DNA from: Candidatus Bathyanammoxibius amoris | GTDB lineage: Bacteria > Planctomycetota > Brocadiia > Brocadiales > Bathyanammoxibiaceae | Direction of reading: 5' to 3' | Length of the DNA: 64,000 nt | Assembly (NCBI GenBank): GCA_024451685.1 | Contig: JAMXCW010000009.1 | Location: 3,872-67,871, forward strand | Shown: piece after piece, positions 52,719 through 61,072 of the stretch | Layout: every line of letters starts with the position of its first letter | Position numbering within the stretch: the first letter of the stretch is position 1 | Notes under the pieces: generated by a model | Databases searched by the model: none | Told to the model about the DNA's origin: nothing | Seen by the model: the letters and a program-made list of their open reading frames with translations, nothing else | Position numbers and translations under genes: made by a program

Positions 52719-52741
52719 GAACATGTTGCGGCGTACTTTTT

Positions 52742-52768
52742 GTCATTGCGAGCAAAGCGAAGCAATCT
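52742..52768. repeat. Solo family B arm
   Basis: GTCATTGCGAGCAAAGCGAAGCAATCT. Confidence 0.75.
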
Positions 52769-52819
52769 AGACTGTAACGTCGGGCACGGAGACCCGACGC
52801 TACAAAAACTTCCATTAAG

Positions 52820-52910
52820 ACAACGACCGTAAAGGTCGTTGTCTACCGGAGACAATTTCCTTCCTGCGGATGGAATCCTGGTAGACAAAGAGGTTTTACC
52901 TCGTTGAACA
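52820..52910. repeat. REPIN-like inverted doublet, family A
   Basis: ACAACGACCGTAAAGGTCGTTGTCTACC (52820-52847) and the inverted GGTAGACAAAGAGGTTTTACCTCGTTGAACA (52880-52910), 32 nt apart. Confidence 0.8.
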
Positions 52911-52930
52911 GTGAATGTTTAACACCTGAG

Positions 52931-52964
52931 TCAACGACCGTAAAGGTTGTTGTCTGCATCTACC
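52931..52964. repeat. Degenerate solo family A unit
   Basis: TCAACGACCGTAAAGGTTGTTGTCTGCATCTACC. Confidence 0.6.
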
Positions 52965-53373
52965 CGGAAAGATGTGATTTGCTACTGCACGGCCTGCAAA
53001 AAATCTTCCCGATTAAACGTTCCCTTGGAGAGGATTTTTGTAGTTTGTATAGCGCATCTTAACGCGCCATACGAATCCAGCTAATAAACCGGCCGGGGAA
53101 TAACGCTGATAAAATAATGCTTCTTGACAACAGCTTTTATTAGAAGATAGACTTTTACAAGGAATAAAACTGTATGGCAGTATAGGATGCAGCCACACCA
53201 GGCAGTCTACAAAGATTCGGCACACCCTGCAGGCTTGACACACCCAAATAGATTCGGCATTCTCAGCAGATTTGATACGCCCTGTAGATGCCACACGAAA
53301 GATGCAAGATTTGTTAACCGATTTTGTTTTTCGTTGAGGGTCTCAGTGATTCTCAAACGGAAGGAGCAGGGAC

Positions 53374-53880
53374 ATGAAACGAAATCAAGCAAGACAGAAA
53401 ACAAGACACCTCCTTTTTATAGCAAGCGTAACGATATTATTTTTCATAGGTCTAGGTCCTGTCGCTAAGAGTAAAGCAGGCACATTGCTGCAAGATGCAC
53501 AAGCACATCTCGCAATTGCAGAAAAAGAATCTCCTTACCTTGTTGCGCAAGGTCCTCGGACACAACAGCAAGCAGGCCGGCGATTTAGACAGGAACAAAA
53601 AAAGGTCCGTCAGCAGCACAAGCAGCAAAAAAAGGCGGAACGTCAGCAGCGTATGCAGCAGAAAAAGGCGGCCCGTCAGCAAGCGAAACAACAGGAGCAG
53701 GCGGCTCACCAGCAAACGAGACAGCAGAAAAAGGCGGCCCGTCAGCAAGCGAAACAACAGAAGCAGGCGGCCCGTCAGCAAGCGAAACAACAGAAGCAGG
53801 CGGCTCGCCAGCAAGCGAAACAGCAGAAACAGGCGACCCGTCAGCAAGCTAAACAGCAGGAACAGGAGGTGCCTCAGTAA
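53374..53880 (+). CDS. Secreted low-complexity Gln/Lys/Ala-rich repeat protein
   Basis: RBS AAGGAG, a signal-like N-terminus, then 8 tandem 11-aa units QQAKQQKQAAR. Confidence 0.5.
   Translation: MKRNQARQKTRHLLFIASVTILFFIGLGPVAKSKAGTLLQDAQAHLAIAEKESPYLVAQGPRTQQQAGRRFRQEQKKVRQQHKQQKKAERQQRMQQKKAARQQAKQQEQAAHQQTRQQKKAARQQAKQQKQAARQQAKQQKQAARQQAKQQKQATRQQAKQQEQEVPQ
53611..53877 (+). repeat. Tandem repeat, 33-nt period x 8
   Basis: CAGCAAGCGAAACAACAGAAGCAGGCGGCCCGT and variants. All three forward frames and one reverse frame stay open across it. Confidence 0.85.
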
Positions 53881-54020
53881 TCTAAACCGTAGCGACAGGG
53901 TTTGTGTTGGCAGGGCGGACGCCGTCGTTGAGGCTTTCCTTCTTCACGTCCGATGCGGAGATCGGACGTTACAAAAACATATACATTACGAGGGTAAAGC
54001 GGCAGACAATTCCACACGAC

Positions 54021-55091
54021 TTACCCCTCTACCAGCTTTTTCATTCCCTCTGTGGTGGGGTTTTTGACGACGCCCTTTTCGGTGATGATTGCCCTGATGT
54101 TCCCGGCGGGGATGACGTCGAAGGCGGGGTTAAAGACGTTGACGCCGTCGGGGGCGATGCGGTGGCCGGTAATGTAGGTGACCTCGTCGGGTGAGCGTTC
54201 CTCGATGGGTATGTCGGAACCTTTGGAGATTTTCATGTCAAACGTGGATATGGGCGCGGCCACGTAGAACGGAACCTTGTGTTCTTTTGCTATTATAGAG
54301 AGGCCGTAGCTGCCTATCTTGTTCGCGGCGTCCCCGTTGGCGGCTATCCTGTCAGAGCCCACCACCACGGCGTCTATCTTTTTTTCCGCCATTACGTGTG
54401 CGGCCATGTTGTCGCAGATAAGCGTCACGTCGAGGCCGGCCTCGAGCAGCTCCCATGACGTGAGCCGGGCGCCCTGAAGCAGCGGCCGGGTCTCGCACGC
54501 GAAGACCTTGTCCACCTTGCCCTGCGCTTTTGCGGCGTATATGACGGCCAGCGCCGTGCCGTAACCGCCGGTAGCCAGTCCACCGGCGTTACAATAGGTC
54601 ATAACCGTGCTGCCCCTGGGTATAAGCGCAGCGCCGTGCTCGCCTATCTTTTTCGAGGAATCCCTGTCCTCTTCCAATATCTCCAGGGCCTCTTTAAACA
54701 GGAACTCCTTTATCGTCTCAACGGGTTCGGTGTGGAACGCCTGTGCCACGTGTTCCATCCGCTCAAGTGCCCAGAACAGGTTTACCGCCGTGGGCCTGGC
54801 CGTGCCGAGATACGTTGTTACCTCCTGCAGTTTGAGAAAGAAGTCGTTAAAGTTGTCGGCATGTACGTTGCGGATGCCAAGGAAGACGCCCATGGCCGCG
54901 GCGATACCTATTGCGGGCGCCCCGCGCACCCTCAACATCTTTATGGCCTCCCACAGGCACTCCTTGTTGTCACAGTAAATAAACTTGAATTCTCCAGGCA
55001 GCAGGGTCTGGTCGATAAGCTTTACCCTGCCGTCCGCGCCGCCTTCCCATTCTATAGTGGGTATAGACACCTGCCCTTTGCTCTTCTCCAT
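54021..55091 (-). CDS. mtnA: S-methyl-5-thioribose-1-phosphate isomerase
   Basis: LIDQTLLP, VRGAPAIGIAAAMG and GADRIAANGD-like (GSDRIAANGD) motifs. Confidence 0.9.
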   Translation of the reverse strand: MEKSKGQVSIPTIEWEGGADGRVKLIDQTLLPGEFKFIYCDNKECLWEAIKMLRVRGAPAIGIAAAMGVFLGIRNVHADNFNDFFLKLQEVTTYLGTARPTAVNLFWALERMEHVAQAFHTEPVETIKEFLFKEALEILEEDRDSSKKIGEHGAALIPRGSTVMTYCNAGGLATGGYGTALAVIYAAKAQGKVDKVFACETRPLLQGARLTSWELLEAGLDVTLICDNMAAHVMAEKKIDAVVVGSDRIAANGDAANKIGSYGLSIIAKEHKVPFYVAAPISTFDMKISKGSDIPIEERSPDEVTYITGHRIAPDGVNVFNPAFDVIPAGNIRAIITEKGVVKNPTTEGMKKLVEG

Positions 55092-55096
55092 CTCTA

Positions 55097-55633
55097 TTAG
55101 TCTTCCGCACCCAACTCTCGTTTGACCTCTTCGGAGCGCTTCTTTACGTCTTCGGCAAGCCTCTTCTTGTAATCCTCCAGTTTCTGCCTGAGGGCGGGGT
55201 CTTTTATGCCAAGTATCTCGGCCGCCAGTATGGCCGCGTTGTGCGCCCCCGCCTTGCCAAGCCCGGCAACGGCCACGGGCACCCCCGCCGGCATCTGAAC
55301 CATAGAATACAGCGCGTCTGTCCCGCCGAGCGGCGGGTTAACTACGGGTACGCCGATGACCGGCACCGTCGTGAGCGAGGCAAGCACTCCCGGCAGCGCC
55401 GCGGCACTTCCGGCACCGGCTATTATTACCTCATAACCATTTTTTTCAGCACCGGCGGCGTACTCGTGCGCAAGCTGAGGCGTCCTGTGACAGGAAATGA
55501 CGTCCACGTCAAATTTTAACCCGAACTCCTTTAGAGCCTTAATGGTCTCCCGCATCGTATCAAGGTCCGAGTTGCTGCCCATAACAACCCCAACCCTCTT
55601 CCTGGCCGATTTGTCTGATGAAATCCCGGACAT
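55097..55633 (-). CDS. purE: 5-(carboxyamino)imidazole ribonucleotide mutase
   Basis: VGVVMGSNSDLDTM, SCHRTPQ and AGSAAALPGVLAS motifs. Confidence 0.9.
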   Translation of the reverse strand: MSGISSDKSARKRVGVVMGSNSDLDTMRETIKALKEFGLKFDVDVISCHRTPQLAHEYAAGAEKNGYEVIIAGAGSAAALPGVLASLTTVPVIGVPVVNPPLGGTDALYSMVQMPAGVPVAVAGLGKAGAHNAAILAAEILGIKDPALRQKLEDYKKRLAEDVKKRSEEVKRELGAED

Positions 55634-55634
55634 G

Positions 55635-56417
55635 CTATTTCTCCATCACGTTTAATGGATTTGAAACCTCTCCGTACCTTTCGATAAAGCGGCGCAAAAA
55701 TAGGGCCAACTTGTCTAAGGCCCTGTCCGTTTTACCACGGATACGCAACAAGTGTATCAAATCCGGAGGGTTCTTCATAAGATAAAAGATTACGCTTAGA
55801 GGTTTAATATCCCCTTCTCCGTCTACCAGGTTGTGGCCCTTTAATTCATCATCCTGCTCATCGGATACCACCTTCAAGGCCAGGAAAGGAGTCCCGGCGG
55901 CCATAGCCGCCTCGGCAACACCCGTTCCCTCCATGTCAACGGCCACGGCAGAGGTGGCATCACCGATACGTTTCTTTGACGCGGGCTGGGCGACCGTATC
56001 TACTGTAAGGAGGTCCCCGCAGCGAAACTCAAGACCACTCTCATCTGCCAGCTTGCGGGACAGGTCGACCAGACCTCGGTGACACGGATAACCGGCCGCC
56101 GTACCACCGGATCCCCCCACAACAGGGTAATCAAGCACTTTGCCGGCTATAATCAACTCCCCCGTGCGTACCCTGTCCCTGACACCACCGGCAAGCCCCG
56201 CACATATGACGGCATCCACGTTAAACGTCTTCAGCAGACTCTCTGCAGCCCTTCTCGACCTTTCCCTGCCGATGCCGCTCTTGACAAGCACGACAGGCTG
56301 CCCGTCTACACGCGCATAATAAAACGTAAATCTGCCTGCCGGAAGCCCGCTGGATGGCCCCAATTTTGCCCTGAACGATTCCATCTCCCGCGGTAATGCG
56401 AATATTAACCCAATCAT
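55635..56417 (-). CDS. PNP_UDP_1 nucleoside phosphorylase-family protein, HpnG-like (hopanoid-associated) or MTA/SAH nucleosidase-like
   Basis: SGIGRERS, AVDMEGTGVAEAA, and a C-terminal extension of the kind I recall in HpnG. It lies 3.6 kb from hpnH and shc. Confidence 0.5.
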   Translation of the reverse strand: MIGLIFALPREMESFRAKLGPSSGLPAGRFTFYYARVDGQPVVLVKSGIGRERSRRAAESLLKTFNVDAVICAGLAGGVRDRVRTGELIIAGKVLDYPVVGGSGGTAAGYPCHRGLVDLSRKLADESGLEFRCGDLLTVDTVAQPASKKRIGDATSAVAVDMEGTGVAEAAMAAGTPFLALKVVSDEQDDELKGHNLVDGEGDIKPLSVIFYLMKNPPDLIHLLRIRGKTDRALDKLALFLRRFIERYGEVSNPLNVMEK

Positions 56418-56700
56418 AGGGAGACTTTTCTCAATTTTATGCCTTCTGGACCCATATGACTAAGTAAATCAAGCAGATTCCAGCGGTTTTTGCAATATTA
56501 TTTTCTCTTAAATATTTTCTTGTCTCAGGTTACATTATATGGTAAACGGGTTTTGCGTGTGCTCGCCCGTTGCGCAAGATTAAGACTGGAAAGAATAAAA
56601 AATTTATACTAGAAATATGTCGGTTTGACGTTATAATCTATGCGCTTCCTGTGGGGGTTACCGTAGTAGTCTATAACCTGTTATGCCGAGGGGTGGTAAG

Positions 56701-59700
56701 ATGAGAAGATACCTGCACGTTTTTGCGTCGCTTGCGTTGTTTTGTTCCCTGCTTAGCTGTGCCGCCATTCCGCTGGATGAACCAATCACGTTGGGCCCGA
56801 ACGCCATAAAGGTCCCGTCAACCCAGACCTGGACAAAAACAGATGTAGCCGTAATTGAGGGCCAGTATATGCACATAGAGGCCCAGGGTAAGATAGAGAT
56901 ATCTAAATGGACCTACCTCGGCCGGGACTACGAATATATAGTAAAACCAAACGGTACATACGATTTTTCCGAAAAGGTAAAGCACAACCAGTTCCCGCTG
57001 GCTGCGGCCGTATCCGGGCCTGCGCCCTGTTACGCCCTGATAGGTAAGGTTGGGGAAAACGGTGACATATTTCTTATAGGCCGTGACGCCGTTATCGAGG
57101 CCGACGGCACTGGAGACGTCTATCTGGGCGTAAACGATTTTGACGTAGAAGACAACAGGGGCGATTTCTACGCAAAGATTGACATATATAATGAACTACC
57201 CCGGCAATTTGTCGTAAAGGACACCAGAAAGATTGAAGAAGGGGGAAAAGGCGCGCAGGGCAAACCCGTAGAGGACCCGAACGTATTGATCGTCTACATT
57301 GATGGTTTAAACTACGAGGTCTTCATGGAAATGGCTTACAAGGGTTACATGCCCAATCTAAAGAAGCACTTCATTGACGGGGGCATAGGCTTCCCTTATT
57401 CTTTTACGGTTTTTCCCAGCACAACGTGGACGAGTACGGCCTGTTTCCTCTCCAGCAACTTTAGCGATCTCACCGGCATTAAGTCGGACGCCTATCTCGA
57501 CAAACGTGTCAACCAGATAAGGCATTTCTTTACTCCATACGGCCCGGTGACCGCTGCGAGGAGGATGAAGCCCGGAACCGTGGGCGACATAGTTGACGAA
57601 AGCCCGAGGAGAGAGGTACTGCCGACAATCTTCGATAGAATGCAGGATGCCAAGGTGCCGATGCATTCAACCGTGCTGCCGGTACTGTTCGCACAACAAC
57701 CGTTCTTCTATGACCAATCACTCTCGGAAACCCTCCGCATCGCGGGCAGTCATCAGATAAAGCCCAAATTCGACGCGGTTAATACCCAGTTTGCCATAGA
57801 TTACGTCATAAAGCAGAAATTCAAGATAATGTACGTCTGGCTCCCGGGCGCGGACGAGCGTTCTCACGAATCGCCCAGAGGCGAGTGGGGCGAGGCGAGA
57901 AAGCAACTCTACCTGATAGACAAACAATTCGGCAAGATGATTGACAAGTTGAAACTCGAAGGCATGTACGACAAGACCTACATGTTCCTCTACTCCGACC
58001 ACGGCCACGTGGGCGGCAAGGACTTTATAAACCAGAGCTTCGACGTGACAAACGACTTCTTCTACAAGAGCATTATGGACGTCGACGGAAACGGTGAACT
58101 GGACGAAGACAGCGGCATGGGGTTCAATGTGCAGTGGGTTGAGCACGATGAGTCCCTTCACAGAGAGCATATCGACAAGAGCAAAGAGGACTTTATGGCC
58201 ACCGGCAGCATGGGCTATGGCTGTGCCGTGGTATATCTGCCGTACAAGCACAAGTCTTCAAGGAATTTCGACACAACCAACAGCTACTACGACCTTACCC
58301 ACTACCAGGTATATCCGACCATGAAGCCTGTAAACATCCTGAACAGGCTCCTGAAGATAGACTTGTCGGAAGAGAACAAGTTCCCGGGGCTGGTCTCTAA
58401 CAAACCGATTGACCTGATCACTGTGCCGGTAACCAGGGACAATAACACAACCCTGGTCATGGACGGTCATGGGCTTCAGGCCCTCATAGAAATGAGGAAG
58501 GCCGGGAACGGCAAACGTGACTTTGAGTATCGCTACAGGGTCGTTACCGATTTTGATCAGGACCCTGACGGCAACAACACCTACAACACGACCGGGTCGG
58601 TGGCTAAGACATACACTACCTATGTAGCGACCGTGTCAGAGGCCGGGACGCCCCCCGCTGATGAAACGACCGGGGCAGAGGTTGCGACACCCCCCGCCGA
58701 AGAAACGACCGTGTCAGAGGCCGGGACACCCCCCGCCGAAGAAACGACCGGGGCAGAGGTTGCGACACCCCCCGCCTATGGAACGACCGTGACAGAGACC
58801 GTGACAGAGACCGTGACAGAGACCGTGACACGCTCCACCGGTGCAATGGTCGAAGGCCCCATGCGCTACACAAGTTCAGACTCATTTATGCAGCACATAA
58901 ATAAGGATTTAAGCTGGTTCAACGAGTTCCATTCGGGCCGGGAGTGGCTGGAAGCCACAAAGGACACCGAATATCCTGACGCCGTAGTGTACTTTGCGCA
59001 CCATACAAAATGGGATGAGTCTATTGATAACATCCAGGCCAGGTTTGCGCCGGACTTTACAGTGACACCCAAAAGGGGCTGGAGCTTCCAGACGGACGAA
59101 AGGCTTGCGACAGACCACGGTTACCCGTTTTTCGAGAGTGTGAGGGTTCCGCTTTTCGTCGCCGGGCCAAACATCAAAAAAGGCGTCGTTAACAACACGC
59201 CGCACCTGAATCTGGATGTGGTGCCGACCGTGCTGGATATCGCAGGAGTGGAATATGAGAAGGACGAGCTGGACGGGAAGACCATCCTGGATATCTATGA
59301 GGAGGAGGTTCAGGAGGGTCCCGTATTCGTGCGTGACGATAGAGTAGGGTTCTACACGGACAACGGTATTCCCTTTTATTATCCACCGAAAGTTGCCAAG
59401 ACAGGTTATAACATGCACAGCCTGAGAAACCCGTACGACCTCCACTATCTTGCGGCAAACACGGTCCTTGCCTGGAATACACCGGGTGTCAAGGTGGTGG
59501 ATACCATTGCCGATGTCATTATTCCCGGCGACAAGGTAAGACCGCTTGATACCGCCACAACCGCGCTCGGGGACGGCTTCAGGAGGGATGAACCTAACAG
59601 TCTTTTCGTAAAGCGGACTTCCCAGTTCGTTGAGGCCCTGAGGATAAAACAGTTCAGCATTTCTGACGGCGTCAGCATGATACTCTTCCAGTTTTACTTA

Positions 59701-60042
59701 ACACAGAACAACTACCACAGGGCAATGCTCCTTATAGACTGGATACAGGACGTCGGTGGAGATATAAACAGGGGGCTCGGTTGGCCGGTCCATAAGGGCA
59801 GAAAGGGCTTACTCCCCGGGCAGGTACTTAACGCTCCGATTGACGGCATGCAATTCGTACTGGACAATACCGTGAGGAGAGTAGTCGAGGCAGGCACCAG
59901 GTTGGGCTACCGGGTCATCTTCGGCGTCGAACACACCATTGGCGCCGCCCATAACTCCACGGTAAAGAAGACCTGGAAAACGCCCGAGGTAGTGGGCCGG
60001 TCGGACGACAGCCCGTTTAAGTTGCTTGATGTTGCGGAATAG
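56701..60042 (+). CDS. Lipoprotein with an N-terminal PA-IL/LecA-like lectin domain and a split alkaline-phosphatase-superfamily (nucleotide pyrophosphatase/phosphodiesterase-like) domain
   Basis: Lipobox SLLSC. Lectin-like GQYMHIEAQGKIEIS...LIGKVGENGDIFLIG...VYLGVNDFDVEDNRGDFYAKIDIY. AP-superfamily motifs VYIDGLNY, FPSTTWTS, YSDHGH and ATDHGYPF. An ORF-track start at 56683 is also possible. Confidence 0.7.
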   Translation: MRRYLHVFASLALFCSLLSCAAIPLDEPITLGPNAIKVPSTQTWTKTDVAVIEGQYMHIEAQGKIEISKWTYLGRDYEYIVKPNGTYDFSEKVKHNQFPLAAAVSGPAPCYALIGKVGENGDIFLIGRDAVIEADGTGDVYLGVNDFDVEDNRGDFYAKIDIYNELPRQFVVKDTRKIEEGGKGAQGKPVEDPNVLIVYIDGLNYEVFMEMAYKGYMPNLKKHFIDGGIGFPYSFTVFPSTTWTSTACFLSSNFSDLTGIKSDAYLDKRVNQIRHFFTPYGPVTAARRMKPGTVGDIVDESPRREVLPTIFDRMQDAKVPMHSTVLPVLFAQQPFFYDQSLSETLRIAGSHQIKPKFDAVNTQFAIDYVIKQKFKIMYVWLPGADERSHESPRGEWGEARKQLYLIDKQFGKMIDKLKLEGMYDKTYMFLYSDHGHVGGKDFINQSFDVTNDFFYKSIMDVDGNGELDEDSGMGFNVQWVEHDESLHREHIDKSKEDFMATGSMGYGCAVVYLPYKHKSSRNFDTTNSYYDLTHYQVYPTMKPVNILNRLLKIDLSEENKFPGLVSNKPIDLITVPVTRDNNTTLVMDGHGLQALIEMRKAGNGKRDFEYRYRVVTDFDQDPDGNNTYNTTGSVAKTYTTYVATVSEAGTPPADETTGAEVATPPAEETTVSEAGTPPAEETTGAEVATPPAYGTTVTETVTETVTETVTRSTGAMVEGPMRYTSSDSFMQHINKDLSWFNEFHSGREWLEATKDTEYPDAVVYFAHHTKWDESIDNIQARFAPDFTVTPKRGWSFQTDERLATDHGYPFFESVRVPLFVAGPNIKKGVVNNTPHLNLDVVPTVLDIAGVEYEKDELDGKTILDIYEEEVQEGPVFVRDDRVGFYTDNGIPFYYPPKVAKTGYNMHSLRNPYDLHYLAANTVLAWNTPGVKVVDTIADVIIPGDKVRPLDTATTALGDGFRRDEPNSLFVKRTSQFVEALRIKQFSISDGVSMILFQFYLTQNNYHRAMLLIDWIQDVGGDINRGLGWPVHKGRKGLLPGQVLNAPIDGMQFVLDNTVRRVVEAGTRLGYRVIFGVEHTIGAAHNSTVKKTWKTPEVVGRSDDSPFKLLDVAE
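58630..58830 (+). repeat. In-frame tandem repeats: 39 nt x 4, then 12 nt x 3.75
   Basis: TVSEAGTPPA(D/E)ET / TGAEVATPPAEET alternate at 58630-58785, then ACCGTGACAGAG (TVTE) repeats at 58786-58830. Confidence 0.9.
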
Positions 60043-60045
60043 AGG

Positions 60046-61041
60046 ATGCGTGTACCTGTAAAACTTGGCACATCTCTTACGGGCTACCTTCTGAAGAACA
60101 GACTGGCGTCCAGGGAGAAGTTCCCCCTGGTGCTCATGCTTGAGCCAACCCACCTGTGCAACCTGTCGTGCAAGGGCTGCGGAAGGATCATAGAATACAG
60201 TGACAACAGCGACCTTCTTTCGGTAGAGGAGTGCCTCGGTGCGGCAGAGGAGTGCGGGGCGCCTGTAGTTACGGTCACCGGCGGCGAACCGCTCCTTCAC
60301 CCGCAGGTAGACGAGATAGTTAAAGGCCTGGTGGACATGGGCCGGTACATCTACCTCTGCACGAACGGCTTACTGCTTACCGGCATCCTGGACAAATTCG
60401 AACCAAGCTCACATTTTAATATCAACGTCCACATAGACGGGCTTGAAGAGACCCATAATGCGATAACCTTGCACGAGGATTCATTCAAAGAGGCCGTAGA
60501 GGCCATAAAAGAGGCAAAGAAACTCGGCTTCAGGGTCTGCACCAACACCACCCTCTACCTGGATACCAAGCCCGAAGAGATAGAGGAGCTGTTTGCATAT
60601 CTGGAAGGGATAGGGATAGACGGGATGCTGGTCTCCCCCGGGTTTGGCTTTGTACACAGTAGTGACGACATATTCCTGACCCGGGAACAGATTCAAAAGC
60701 GGTTCGGTTTCATATACGAGCTGTCAAAGCGGTACAGACTCCTCAACACCCCTCTGTACCTGAAATTCCTGACCGGCCAGAAGAAACTTAAGTGCACCCC
60801 GTGGGGCAACCCCACCCGCAACACGCTCGGCTGGAAGAGCCCCTGCTACCTGATTACCGACAAACACTACCCCACGTATAAGGAATTGATGGACAATACC
60901 GACTGGGAATACTATCGCTCCGGCAAGGACCCCAGGTGCAAGAACTGCATGATGCACTGCGGCTTTGAGGCAAGCGTGATACTGGAAGGTATTAACGGCA
61001 TTTCCGACATGATGGAGATGGCCAGGTGGAGCTTTACATAG
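60046..61041 (+). CDS. hpnH: Adenosylhopane synthase, radical SAM protein HpnH
   Basis: FPLVLMLEPTHLCNLSCKGCGRI, GAPVVTVTGGEPLLH, CTPWGNPTRN and CKNCMMHCGFE motifs. It starts 4 nt after the upstream stop. Confidence 0.9.
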   Translation: MRVPVKLGTSLTGYLLKNRLASREKFPLVLMLEPTHLCNLSCKGCGRIIEYSDNSDLLSVEECLGAAEECGAPVVTVTGGEPLLHPQVDEIVKGLVDMGRYIYLCTNGLLLTGILDKFEPSSHFNINVHIDGLEETHNAITLHEDSFKEAVEAIKEAKKLGFRVCTNTTLYLDTKPEEIEELFAYLEGIGIDGMLVSPGFGFVHSSDDIFLTREQIQKRFGFIYELSKRYRLLNTPLYLKFLTGQKKLKCTPWGNPTRNTLGWKSPCYLITDKHYPTYKELMDNTDWEYYRSGKDPRCKNCMMHCGFEASVILEGINGISDMMEMARWSFT

Positions 61042-61072
61042 CTTACAGTTTCCCTGTCTAAGGGAACACGCT

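Noticed and set aside
53946-53969. 9-bp hairpin ACGTCCGAT-GCGGAG-ATCGGACGT between the repeat-protein gene and mtnA, as a bidirectional terminator.
   Set aside because: No T-run follows the hairpin on either strand, so it was not called as an intrinsic terminator. It may still be structural.
53452-54067. Alternative reading frames across the 33-nt tandem repeat (minus-strand Leu/Arg/Phe-rich ORF 53452-53847; plus-strand Arg/Ser/Asn-rich ORF 53495-54067).
   Set aside because: They are open only because the repeat lacks stops. They have no RBS or signal features, and the second runs into the mtnA 3' end. The 53374 frame has an AAGGAG RBS and a signal-like N-terminus.
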